In this document: piece by piece, positions 28,433-38,102 of the stretch
Numbering within the stretch: position 1 is the stretch's first letter
Layout of the letters: each line of letters begins with the position of its first letter
Source: Alcanivoracaceae bacterium
Lineage (GTDB): Bacteria > Pseudomonadota > Gammaproteobacteria > Xanthomonadales > Marinicellaceae
Direction: 5' to 3'
NCBI GenBank assembly: GCA_016744455.1
Contig: JADGEI010000013.1
Coordinates: 27,809 to 91,808 of the forward strand
DNA: 64,000 bases
Position numbers and translations under genes: made by a program
Notes under the pieces: model-generated
What the model was told of the DNA's origin: nothing
Seen by the model: only the letters and a program-made list of their open reading frames with translations
Database searches by the model: none

Positions 28433-29481
28433 GTTATATTAAATCTAATTTTCGGCACCCAAATGCAAAGGTTAATGATCTAGGTTTTACAATGCGTGAA
28501 TACGAAGGTGCTTTGTCAACATTGTGTGCAGGGTGTGGACATGATTCAATTAGTGCCGCAATTTCAAAAGCATACTTTGAAATGAATATTGAACCTCACA
28601 GAATTGCTAAAACTTCAGGTATTGGTTGTTCTTCAAAAACACCAGCATATTACTTAAATAAAGCCCATGGTTTCAACTCTGTTCATGGTCGCATGCCCTC
28701 TGTAACAACAGGGGCGAATATGGCGAATCGAGATTTGCAATACATAGGTGTTTCTGGTGATGGCGATACAGCATCAATAGGTATGGGGCAATTTGCACAT
28801 GTCGTACGCCGTAATCTTAATATGATTTATATTGTTATGAATAATGGTTGTTATGGACTTACAAAAGGGCAAGATTCTGCAACTGCAGACATTGGTTCCG
28901 CAAGTAAAAAAGGACTGCCAAATCAGTTCTCCTCAATTGATTTGTGTCAGCTGGCATTGCAATTAGGTGCAGGGTATGTGGCACGTAGTTTTTCAGGCGA
29001 TAAAAACCAATTAATCCCATTGATCAAAGGGGCAATAGAACACAAAGGATTTGCAATTATTGATGTCATTTCTCCGTGTGTAACGTTTAATAATACGGCT
29101 GCTTCAACTAAAGGGTACGAATATGTTCGTGATCATTTAGATGCAACTGGAACAATCGACTTTGTTCCTGAAAGGCAAGAGTTGAAAATTATCCACCCTG
29201 AGGGTACTGCAAAAGAAGTTCAATTGCATGATGGTAGTAAGTTGGTATTAAAAAAGAATACCCATGATTATGATTTATCTTCAAAGCGTGAAGCAATGGA
29301 TGTAATTGAATCAGTAAGGGAAGAGAATAAGATATTAACTGGCTTGATTTATTTACATGAGGACCCAACTGACACCCATGAAAAGATTAATAGTGTTGAT
29401 AAACCTCTAAATAGTTTGTCTCAAGAAGAGTTATGTCCAGGCTCTAATAAACTTGATGCTTTGAATGAGGCAATGCGATAG
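28429..29481 (+). CDS. korB: 2-oxoacid:ferredoxin oxidoreductase beta subunit (TPP-binding)
   Basis: CAGCGHDSI cluster motif, TPP motif GVSGDGDTASIGMGQF...NNGCYGLTKGQ. ATGA overlap with the korA stop. Confidence 0.8.
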   Translation: MSYIKSNFRHPNAKVNDLGFTMREYEGALSTLCAGCGHDSISAAISKAYFEMNIEPHRIAKTSGIGCSSKTPAYYLNKAHGFNSVHGRMPSVTTGANMANRDLQYIGVSGDGDTASIGMGQFAHVVRRNLNMIYIVMNNGCYGLTKGQDSATADIGSASKKGLPNQFSSIDLCQLALQLGAGYVARSFSGDKNQLIPLIKGAIEHKGFAIIDVISPCVTFNNTAASTKGYEYVRDHLDATGTIDFVPERQELKIIHPEGTAKEVQLHDGSKLVLKKNTHDYDLSSKREAMDVIESVREENKILTGLIYLHEDPTDTHEKINSVDKPLNSLSQEELCPGSNKLDALNEAMR

Positions 29482-29551
29482 CACGTATTTCTTGCTTTTA
29501 GATATGTACTAGCCAAAACGTTGTTGACATTCTGGGTTTAGGTACTCAATA

Positions 29552-29578
29552 AAAAAGGGCATGTAATATGCCCTTTTT
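29552..29578. terminator. Bidirectional rho-independent terminator between korB (+) and htpG (-)
   Basis: Perfect stem AAAAAGGGCAT / ATGCCCTTTTT, 5-nt loop, A/T runs on both sides. Confidence 0.8.
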
Positions 29579-29600
29579 ACATGGTTTAAAAAAATGGTGT

Positions 29601-31499
29601 TTATAGCATTAATTTATTCATGCGTTTTACAAAACCAGATGGGTCTTCTAATTGGCCGCCTTCCGATAATAAGGCTTGGTCAAATATTAATGAAGTCCAA
29701 TCAGAAAACTTTTCATCATTTTTTTCAGCTTGTAATTTCTTGAAAATTGCATGGTCAATATTAATTTCAAGCGTTGGCTTACTGTTTGGCATTTCTTGAC
29801 CGGCTTGTTTCATGAGCTGTTGCATATACAAAGCCATGTCCTGTTCATTTAATACAATACAGGCAGCTGAGTCAGTTAAACGTGAAGATATTTTAATTTT
29901 TTCAACTTTCTCGTCTAAGATTTTTTGCATTTTTTCAATAACACTCTTGTTATCTTTTTCAGCCTTTTTAGTGGCTTTTTTGTCTTTTTCTGTATCTAAT
30001 TTATCTAAATCACCTTTAGCAACTGATTGCATTTTTTTGCCGTTAAACTCGGTTAAGCCATTTACGAGCCACTCATCAATGCGATCTGATAATAAGATAA
30101 CTTCGATGCCTTTTTTCTTGAAAACTTCCAGATGGGGACTGTTTTTAGCGGTACTATAGCTGTCAGCAGTAATGTAATAAATGTTCTCTTGCTCTGCTCC
30201 CATACGAGAAACATAATCTTCAAGAGATATGTTTTTTGTATCGTTGTCATTGTGTGTTGAAGCAAAACGTAATAATTTAGACAAGTCTTCTTTATTACTC
30301 ATGTCTTCTTGGATTCCTTCTTTCATCACTGTACCAAATTCATCCCAAAAGGTTTGATATTGTTCAGCATCTGAATTTGCCATTCTTTTCAACAAAGTTA
30401 ATACTTTCTTAGTTGAAGCTCGTTTGATTGAATCAATAACTTTATTGCTTTGGAGGATCTCTCGGCTTACATTCAATGGTAAATCGTTAGAGTCAATAAC
30501 ACCCTTAATAAAACGTAAGTAGCGTGGCAAAAGGTTTTTACTATCATCCATAATGAAAGTACGCTGAACGTATAGTTTTAAGCCGTGCTGTGCATCAGGT
30601 TCCCATAAGTCAAATGGTGCTTTAGAAGGAAGGTAGAGTAATGAAGTGTAATCGTATTTACCTTCAACTTGACTATGAACCCATTTCATTGGTTCATTCC
30701 AATCATGAGAAACAGTTTTATAAAATTCTTTGTATTCTTCTTCTTTAATTTCAGATTTTGGTAAAGTCCATAAAGCTTGAGCTTTATTCACTTGTTTCCA
30801 TTCACTTACTGTAGCTTTTTCTTTTTTATCGTCGTCTTTGTCATCCTCATCACTCTCAACTTCGGTGGTCTCAAGCATCATTATTGGGACTTGAATATGA
30901 TCAGCATATTTAGTAATAATTGATTTTAAACGAAATTCTGCGGCAAACTCCTTAGCATCTTCTTTTAAATGCAGAACTATTTCAGTGCCTTTTTGTTCCT
31001 TTTTTACTTCTTCAATAGTGAAGTCACCTTCTCCAGTTGATTCCCACATCACAGCTGTTTTCTTACCAGCTTTACGCGTTGTTAAAGATACTTTATCAGC
31101 AACAATAAATGAAGAATAGAAACCAACACCAAACTGTCCAATCATTTGTGAATCTTTAGCATCATCACCTGACAATTTGCTTAAGAATTCTTTTGTGCCT
31201 GACTTCGCAATTGTACCAATGTTTTCAATCACTTCACTACGTGTCATGCCAATACCATTATCGCGTATTGTTATTGTATTTGCTCCTAAATCAAAATCTA
31301 TTTCGATTTTTAGCTCTTTATCGCCTTCATTTAGTGAGTCATCTTTAACAGCTGCAAAACGTAATTTGTCACAGGCATCATTTGCATTTGAAATTAATTC
31401 ACGTAAAAATATTTCTTTGTTAGAATACAAAGAGTGAATCATTAATTGTAATAGTTGGTTTACTTCAGTTTGAAACTGTAGGTTTTCTTTTTTTGCCAT
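29601..31499 (-). CDS. htpG: Molecular chaperone HtpG (Hsp90)
   Basis: N-terminus FQTEVNQLLQLMIHSLYSNKEIFLRELISNANDACDKLR, GQFGVGFYS ATPase motif, 632 aa. Confidence 0.95.
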   Translation of the reverse strand: MAKKENLQFQTEVNQLLQLMIHSLYSNKEIFLRELISNANDACDKLRFAAVKDDSLNEGDKELKIEIDFDLGANTITIRDNGIGMTRSEVIENIGTIAKSGTKEFLSKLSGDDAKDSQMIGQFGVGFYSSFIVADKVSLTTRKAGKKTAVMWESTGEGDFTIEEVKKEQKGTEIVLHLKEDAKEFAAEFRLKSIITKYADHIQVPIMMLETTEVESDEDDKDDDKKEKATVSEWKQVNKAQALWTLPKSEIKEEEYKEFYKTVSHDWNEPMKWVHSQVEGKYDYTSLLYLPSKAPFDLWEPDAQHGLKLYVQRTFIMDDSKNLLPRYLRFIKGVIDSNDLPLNVSREILQSNKVIDSIKRASTKKVLTLLKRMANSDAEQYQTFWDEFGTVMKEGIQEDMSNKEDLSKLLRFASTHNDNDTKNISLEDYVSRMGAEQENIYYITADSYSTAKNSPHLEVFKKKGIEVILLSDRIDEWLVNGLTEFNGKKMQSVAKGDLDKLDTEKDKKATKKAEKDNKSVIEKMQKILDEKVEKIKISSRLTDSAACIVLNEQDMALYMQQLMKQAGQEMPNSKPTLEINIDHAIFKKLQAEKNDEKFSDWTSLIFDQALLSEGGQLEDPSGFVKRMNKLML

Positions 31500-31575
31500 A
31501 ATTCTGTATGTGTATTTAAAGTTGCATACAATATGAGGCCTTGAAACTATTATTCAAGTTAGTAATTTGAATAAT

Positions 31576-32853
31576 TTAGTCGACAGTTATTCGTGCTCGT
31601 TTTACCAAATTATCATCATCAATACTAAGAATAGTAATTTTGTACTTGCCTAGTTTTAGTGCTGTGCCTTTGTTGGGGATATCACCGAGGTGCACGGTTA
31701 TTAATCCACTTAATGTGCTCGCATCATCAAGAGGTAAATTCCATTGCATTCTTCGATTGAGTGAGCGTAATTGGATTCTACCATCGACTATAAATTTGTT
31801 GTCGTTTTGCTTAATTATATGGCGGCCTCGGTTTTTTGGTTCGGATGTAAAGTCGCCGACAATTTCTTCCAATATATCGTCTATAGTTACTAACCCTTGT
31901 ATGTCACCATATTCATCAACAACTAACCCCATTCTGCGTTCACATTTTTGAAATTCCTGTAGTTGTATAATTAAATTTGCACCTTCTGGAACAAAATAAG
32001 GTTTTCTCAAAACTTTGCGTAACCCGCGTAAATCCAGTGAACTTTTTGAAAGTTGTGGCAAAATTGTGCGTATGTGTAACGTTCCAATTACATTGTTGAT
32101 GTCTTCTTTGTATACGGGTAATCGAGTTAAGTAAGTGTTTTCTAATTGATTTAAAATACTTGGCCAATCATCTGTAATGTCAATTCCAACCACTTCATTT
32201 TTCGGAACCATAATATCATCAACATCAATATTTTCCAGATCAAGAATGTTAATCATCATTTGCTGTTTTGTGTCAGGCTTAAGGCTTTGGTTCTCAATCA
32301 TAAGTGTTCTGAGTTCCTCACGAGACAAGGCCTGGTGAGCGACCTCTTTTGGAACGCCTAACATGCGTAAAATCCCGTTGGTAAGTAGATTTGTTGTCCA
32401 CACTAATGGGTACAGTATTTTTAATAGTGGCGTAAGAATATAAGCAGCAGGAAAAGCAATGCGTTCAGGGTGAAGAGCAGCATATGTCTTTGGGGTTACC
32501 TCAGCAAAAATTAAAATGAGTAGCGTTAATAATACCGTTCCATATGCCGCGGCTGCTTCAGGGCTAATTGAGTGATCGTTGGCGATCTTAAAAGCGGCAA
32601 ATGTCGTTACGGTTGATGCGGCAATGTTAATAAAATTATTGCCAATCAGAATTAAACCTATCAAACGGTCAGGTTGTTGTAATAATTTTTCAGCCAGTTG
32701 AGCAGATTTGTTGGTTTTAGATTTGTTTTTTAACCGTATTCTATTTAACGTCATCAGTGCCGTTTCAGAACTGGAAAAAAAGGCCGAAAGAAAGAGTAAA
32801 ACAACTAACACCGTTAATAAAGCACTTAAGGGAATGTCGTTCAAATAACCCAC
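31576..32853 (-). CDS. HlyC/CorC-family membrane protein (DUF21-CBS pair-CorC_HlyC)
   Basis: N-terminal DUF21 helices with SSSETALMTL, a CBS pair region, and a C-terminal transporter-associated domain. Sits next to ffh like E. coli yfjD. Confidence 0.8.
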   Translation of the reverse strand: MGYLNDIPLSALLTVLVVLLFLSAFFSSSETALMTLNRIRLKNKSKTNKSAQLAEKLLQQPDRLIGLILIGNNFINIAASTVTTFAAFKIANDHSISPEAAAAYGTVLLTLLILIFAEVTPKTYAALHPERIAFPAAYILTPLLKILYPLVWTTNLLTNGILRMLGVPKEVAHQALSREELRTLMIENQSLKPDTKQQMMINILDLENIDVDDIMVPKNEVVGIDITDDWPSILNQLENTYLTRLPVYKEDINNVIGTLHIRTILPQLSKSSLDLRGLRKVLRKPYFVPEGANLIIQLQEFQKCERRMGLVVDEYGDIQGLVTIDDILEEIVGDFTSEPKNRGRHIIKQNDNKFIVDGRIQLRSLNRRMQWNLPLDDASTLSGLITVHLGDIPNKGTALKLGKYKITILSIDDDNLVKRARITVD

Positions 32854-33593
32854 TCCAATACAACTTTGCTTCCTAAATAGCCTGTTGCCAGCAATGTCAT
32901 GCCTATGATAGTTAAAAGTATCAATTTTTCGCCACGCCAGCCTTTAATAAGGCGTCCAATTATTATTAGGCCAAAAACCAGCCAAGCCAAAAGTGAAAAA
33001 ACAATTTTATGTCCTAAGTGTTGGTCGACAAAATTTTCAATGAATACCACTCCAGAAAGAAGTGAAGTAGAAAGAATAAGCCAACCAAGAAAGATAAGGT
33101 AAAACAACTTTTTCTCTTCATCAATAAGTGACATCAATCCAGTGTTGTCAGCGGTGAAAGTGGTGTTTTTAATTCTGACGATATGCACATACAATGAGAT
33201 TGCGTATAAAGATGCGACACTCAAAATTGCATATGCAAGCATAGATAAACTAATATGCAAATCCAACTGCCAAGAAAAAACTTTGTATTGACTATAGCCC
33301 TGCATTGTGGAATTTGGGTTGTTTAATAACAATGCAGCCAGAACAAATATAACAATTGGGACTTTCACCCAACGGCTATTGAGGTTGAATAAAAATACCA
33401 CTAATACAGACAACCATGAAACCAATAATATGGCGTTGGCAATGTGTAACTTCCAGCCATTGTCATCAAATAAGCTATAAAAACAAATCACAGCTTGCAA
33501 TAACCATGCTAAAAAACCAAGGTACTTTCCTTTAGATAGGATTGCAGTCCATGAAATATAAAGTGCTGCGGTTGCAATTATAACGACAGTCAT
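32841..33593 (-). CDS. Cytochrome c assembly family inner membrane protein (YpjD-like)
   Basis: 250 aa polytopic membrane protein divergent from ffh, matching the conserved ffh/ypjD/yfjD arrangement. Overlaps the downstream gene by 13 nt. Confidence 0.65.
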   Translation of the reverse strand: MTVVIIATAALYISWTAILSKGKYLGFLAWLLQAVICFYSLFDDNGWKLHIANAILLVSWLSVLVVFLFNLNSRWVKVPIVIFVLAALLLNNPNSTMQGYSQYKVFSWQLDLHISLSMLAYAILSVASLYAISLYVHIVRIKNTTFTADNTGLMSLIDEEKKLFYLIFLGWLILSTSLLSGVVFIENFVDQHLGHKIVFSLLAWLVFGLIIIGRLIKGWRGEKLILLTIIGMTLLATGYLGSKVVLEWVI

Positions 33594-33670
33594 TGGATAT
33601 TTGATTGAGATTTACACATAGGAAGTATTATAATGAACAGTTCGTAAAATACCAAGTGAAAAGAAAACAC

Positions 33671-35029
33671 ATGTTTGATAATTTAAAAGACAATTTAGCT
33701 AAATCCATACAAAAGATAAAAGGCCAGGCCACATTAAGCGAAAATAACATTAAAGATGCTTTGCGCGAAGTCCGAATTGCTTTATTGGAAGCAGATGTAG
33801 CATTGCCAGTTGTAAAAGAATTTGTTCAGCAAGTGAAAACTCGTGCGCTTGGTGAAGATGTGTTAACAAGCTTGAAACCTGATCAAGTCTTAATAAAAAT
33901 TGTAAATGAAGAGTTAACTAATACTTTGGGGGCATCTACTGAAGGATTAAATTTGTCGGCTCAACCGCCTGCGGTCATATTGATGGCTGGTTTGCAAGGT
34001 GCAGGTAAAACGACTTCAACCGCGAAATTGGCTAAATATCTCATTGAGCGTGAACGCAAAAAAGTCATGGTTGTGAGTGCCGATGTTTACCGACCTGCAG
34101 CTATTGAACAACTCCAAACTGTAGCTGAACAAGTGGGTGCAGAGTTTTTCCCTTCATCAGTTATTGATGACCCCAAATCAATTGGTAAAAATGCCGTTAC
34201 TGCAGCCAAAAAAGGTTTTTTTGATGTCTTGATTGTTGATACAGCGGGTCGATTAGCTGTAGACGATGCCATGATGCAAGAAATCAAAGGAATGCAGCAG
34301 CTATTAAACCCGATTGAAACTTTATTTGTCGTTGATGCTATGACCGGTCAAGATGCTGCCAATACAGCTAAAGCTTTTTCTGAAATCCTTGATTTGACAG
34401 GTGTGATTCTTACCAAGCTAGATGGTGATGCTCGTGGCGGTGCTGCATTATCAGTAAAAAGTATCGTAGGAAAGCCAATTAAATTTATGGGTGTGGGTGA
34501 AAAAATGGATGCACTTGAGCCATTTCACCCAGATAGAATAGCTTCAAGTATCTTAGGAATGGGCGACGTCTTAACTCTAGTTGAGGAAATCGAACGTAAA
34601 GTTGATAAGAAAAAAGCCGATAAACTTGCTAGTAAAGTTAAAAAAGGTCAGAGATTTTCCTTGATTGATTTTAAAGAGCAATTAGAACAAATGCAAAACA
34701 TGGGTGGTATGTCAGCGATGATGGATAAAATGCCAGGCATGGGCAATATCCCTGATGCGGTAAAAGGTAAAATGAATGATAAATTAACCGATAAAAAAAT
34801 TGCCATAATTAACTCCATGACCAAAAAAGAGCGCAAGTTTCCACAACTTATCAAAGGTTCAAGAAAACGTCGAATAGCCACAGGATCTGGTAACACTATT
34901 CAAGAAGTAACCCGTATGCTCAAAGAGTTCAGTCAGATGCAAAAAATGATGAAAAAATTCTCAGGCAAAGGCATGATGCGCATGATGAAACGCATGGGTG
35001 GAAAAATGCCAGGTGGCATGGGGTTTTAA
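33671..35029 (+). CDS. ffh: Signal recognition particle protein Ffh
   Basis: Start taken at MFDNLKDNL (ATG 33671); the upstream extension is implausible. GTPase motifs GLQGAGKTT, DTAGR, TKLDGD; Met-rich M domain. Confidence 0.95.
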   Translation: MFDNLKDNLAKSIQKIKGQATLSENNIKDALREVRIALLEADVALPVVKEFVQQVKTRALGEDVLTSLKPDQVLIKIVNEELTNTLGASTEGLNLSAQPPAVILMAGLQGAGKTTSTAKLAKYLIERERKKVMVVSADVYRPAAIEQLQTVAEQVGAEFFPSSVIDDPKSIGKNAVTAAKKGFFDVLIVDTAGRLAVDDAMMQEIKGMQQLLNPIETLFVVDAMTGQDAANTAKAFSEILDLTGVILTKLDGDARGGAALSVKSIVGKPIKFMGVGEKMDALEPFHPDRIASSILGMGDVLTLVEEIERKVDKKKADKLASKVKKGQRFSLIDFKEQLEQMQNMGGMSAMMDKMPGMGNIPDAVKGKMNDKLTDKKIAIINSMTKKERKFPQLIKGSRKRRIATGSGNTIQEVTRMLKEFSQMQKMMKKFSGKGMMRMMKRMGGKMPGGMGF

Positions 35030-35250
35030 AAAAAACAATTAATTAGTCTACAGATTTGATTGTCGTCTGATATAATCATGTGCAAATTTTCAAGAGCATA
35101 GTGTTTTTGAAGGTTAATATGAGACAGTTTCAAGTTAATTTAAATTATATTTTTCTAAATAATAACGTAGTCTAAATCATAGGAAATACCACATGGGGTA
35201 AGTGGGAAATTTAAATTATTATATTTTATATTTATAGAGAGAGGAAAATA

Positions 35251-38001
35251 ATGAATAGAGTTCTACTAATTTTGATAGTATTTTCAAATTTGACTATGGC
35301 ACGAGTAGGTAAGCAACCACCAAGTCAAATGTACAATTTGCTAACAAAGAATCAAATGCAATCATATCAACTAAAATCAGTTGATGTTCAAGAGTTATTA
35401 ACAACCTATCAACCAAAAGACTTTGAATCCAAGCCGGTAAGGTTTGCTGTTCCTAATGAAACAACAATTAATATGAACACTCATGGAAGTTGGACTGATG
35501 TACCTGGTGGTAAAATATGGAACTTGCGGTTTCAGTCAGAAAACGCAACAGACATAAATTTTGGATTTACCAAATTTCATTTACCTAAAGGTGCAGAATT
35601 ATATTTACTCAGTTTTGCGGATGATCCGGTTTATTATGATGGGCCATATACAGCAGAAGATAATCAAAATTACAAACAATTTTGGTCAGCTCCCTTACCA
35701 GGTGGCGATGTTGCGCTTGAATTATTTGTTCCTAGTAAAGTAAATGATGAAATTGAGCTAGAGCTGACTAGAGTGTCAACAGGGTTTAGAGACGTATTTA
35801 AAAGATACAATGGTGATGGTTTGATTCCCAGGCAGGGCTCGTGTAATAATGATGTGGTATGTCCTGAAGGTGAACCATGGAGAGATGAAATTAGGTCTGT
35901 AGCTGCATACACTATGGGAGGTGCTGATACATGTACCGGTACTATGGTGATGGATGCTGATCGTAGTTTTACACCTTATTTCCTAACTGCGGCCCATTGT
36001 AATGTTACTGCAGCTAATGCTGCTACGATGGTTACTATTTGGAATTATGAATCAGTAAATTGTGGAGATTTGAGTGGTGGCTCAAGGATGGATACAGTAA
36101 GTGGTTCAATATTTAAAGCAAGGCGTGTAAATGTGGATGTTGGTTTAGTTGAACTTTCTAGTACACCGCCTGAGGATTTTGGCGTTTATTGGGCTGGTTG
36201 GGATAAGTCAGGTATGGTCCCAAATGGTAGTGTGGGTATTCACCATCCAGGCGTGGATGAAAAAGCAATTAGTTTTAACTCAGATGCATTAACCACAATT
36301 AATAGTTGTATTGGTACTGGTGGAGTAGATTCTCATTGGCGAGTTGATGATTGGGAAGATGGAACGACTGAACCTGGTTCTTCGGGTTCGGGTTTATGGG
36401 ATCCAGATACACATTTGGTTGTTGGGTTTTTATCAGGCGGAACTGCATCATGTTCAAGCATTACTAATGACTGTTATGGTAAGGTATCTGAAGCGTGGGA
36501 TGATGGAAGCGGAGCTGCGTTTAATTTGAAACCTTGGTTAGATCCAAGTAATACTGGTGTCGATACTGTGGCTGGTTCTGACCCAAATCCATTTTCGTTA
36601 ACACTTAATGATTCATCTATTCAAGTGTGTAATGCTGATACAAATGTTGGGACTACTGTAAATGTTGTTACAAATGGTGTTTTTACTAGTAGCGTAACAC
36701 TATCAACGCCAACAACCCCCGCTTTTGTAAGTAATTTTACCTTTGCGAATAACCCAATTAACACAACACCTGGTTCTACTGCTTTTACATTTAATGTCGG
36801 TGCAGGCGGTACAACTGGGAATAATATATTAACTATTCAAGGTGACGGAATGGATATGGGTGTTCCTGTATCTACAAGCGTTGATTTGAGCATCTTGTAC
36901 TCAGGTGGTACTACTTCAGCAACTACATTAACTGCACCAGCTAATAACGCTACAGATGTATCTATCTCAACAACTTTTTCTTGGGCTTCTGATCCAAACG
37001 CTACTAGTTATCGTTTGATGGTGTCAGCAGATCCGGGATTTGGCAGTTTGTTAATTGATGAAACAGTAGAAGTAACTACATTTGATGCATCTGGCTTACC
37101 AGGTGCCACTCAGCTTTATTGGAAAGTAGCTACACAATCAGCTTGTAATGGAATTGATGTTGAGTCCAATGTATTCTCCTTTTCGACAGTTGAAGTATTT
37201 TGTACAACTGTACCTGTTGCAATTCCAGACAATAATCCAAATGGTGTGAACGTTACACTTCCAGTCGCAGTTAATGGTATGTTAGACTCAATAACAGTTA
37301 GTGTTAAATCAGCTCATACATACCCTGGAGACCTAATATTCACTTTATCTCATTCTGGTACAAATGTAACATTGATGGATAGGCCTAATGGATGTTCTGT
37401 AGCTGGTGTTGATGTTGTGTTCGACGACAATAGTGGGACACCAGTTGAAGGTTCTTGTGCAGCCTCATCTCCAGGAATAGGCGGTGTAGTTGCTCCTGAA
37501 CAACCTCTATCGGCATTCTCTGGCCTGAATTTCGGAGGAGATTGGGTATTAAATGCTTCAGATAATGCGGGTGTAGATACAGGTAATATTGATGAGTTTT
37601 GTATAATACCAGTTACTGTAAATAATACTGCAGAATTAGAAGTATCAAAGCTAGCAACAATTACAACAGACAATGGCCATATAGGTGAAGCTGATTTAAA
37701 TGATGTCATTACATTTAGTGTTAGTGTTGAAAATACGGGTAATGTGACATTGGATGGTTTGGTTGTCATGGATTCAATGGAAGGTATGTTGACTTGTATG
37801 CCTACAACGTTGATGCCTGCTCAAATTGCTATGTGCACAGATTATACTTACATGGTACAACAACCGGATATTGATAATGGCGTGCCAATTACCAATACAG
37901 CTGATGCAATAATGCAAGATCCAGATATGAACAATGTTATGGGTAGCGCATCAACTCAAACAGTTGTTAATCTTGCCTTATTTAAAGATGGTTTTGAATA
38001 A
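35251..38001 (+). CDS. Secreted S1 (trypsin-fold, lysyl-endopeptidase-like) serine protease with proprotein-convertase P-domain and DUF11-like domain; ends in ...KDGFE
   Basis: Signal peptide MNRVLLILIVFSNLTMA, His motif LTAAHC, Ser motif EPGSSGSGLW. P-domain HTYPGDLIFTLSHSGTNVTLMDRPNG...FGGDWVLNASDNAGVDTGNIDEFCI. DUF11-like ITFSVSVENTGNVTLDGLVVMD. Confidence 0.85.
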   Translation: MNRVLLILIVFSNLTMARVGKQPPSQMYNLLTKNQMQSYQLKSVDVQELLTTYQPKDFESKPVRFAVPNETTINMNTHGSWTDVPGGKIWNLRFQSENATDINFGFTKFHLPKGAELYLLSFADDPVYYDGPYTAEDNQNYKQFWSAPLPGGDVALELFVPSKVNDEIELELTRVSTGFRDVFKRYNGDGLIPRQGSCNNDVVCPEGEPWRDEIRSVAAYTMGGADTCTGTMVMDADRSFTPYFLTAAHCNVTAANAATMVTIWNYESVNCGDLSGGSRMDTVSGSIFKARRVNVDVGLVELSSTPPEDFGVYWAGWDKSGMVPNGSVGIHHPGVDEKAISFNSDALTTINSCIGTGGVDSHWRVDDWEDGTTEPGSSGSGLWDPDTHLVVGFLSGGTASCSSITNDCYGKVSEAWDDGSGAAFNLKPWLDPSNTGVDTVAGSDPNPFSLTLNDSSIQVCNADTNVGTTVNVVTNGVFTSSVTLSTPTTPAFVSNFTFANNPINTTPGSTAFTFNVGAGGTTGNNILTIQGDGMDMGVPVSTSVDLSILYSGGTTSATTLTAPANNATDVSISTTFSWASDPNATSYRLMVSADPGFGSLLIDETVEVTTFDASGLPGATQLYWKVATQSACNGIDVESNVFSFSTVEVFCTTVPVAIPDNNPNGVNVTLPVAVNGMLDSITVSVKSAHTYPGDLIFTLSHSGTNVTLMDRPNGCSVAGVDVVFDDNSGTPVEGSCAASSPGIGGVVAPEQPLSAFSGLNFGGDWVLNASDNAGVDTGNIDEFCIIPVTVNNTAELEVSKLATITTDNGHIGEADLNDVITFSVSVENTGNVTLDGLVVMDSMEGMLTCMPTTLMPAQIAMCTDYTYMVQQPDIDNGVPITNTADAIMQDPDMNNVMGSASTQTVVNLALFKDGFE

Positions 38002-38028
38002 TGAAGTGAAAATTTAGTAATTTAATTT

Positions 38029-38057
38029 AAAAGCGGCTTTTTAAGGCCGCTTTTTTT
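38029..38057 (+). terminator. Rho-independent terminator after the S1 protease gene
   Basis: AAAAGCGGC-tttttaag-GCCGCTTTT followed by additional Ts. Confidence 0.75.
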
Positions 38058-38102
38058 GTAGTATGATAAGGTAATTTCAATTTGAAAATATATGGTATAT
38101 TT

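Noticed and set aside
29812-30159. 115-aa plus-strand ORF and other antisense ORFs within htpG, korA, the CorC gene, DASS, etfB and others
   Set aside because: They are antisense to confidently identified conserved genes and have no motifs of their own.
33605-33670. Upstream TTG-initiated extension of ffh, and similar TTG/GTG extensions at 38082, 48341, 57489, 58576 and 26600
   Set aside because: Canonical N-termini (MFDNLKDNL for Ffh, signal peptides, ATGA-coupled starts) begin at internal ATGs. The extensions add no conserved sequence.
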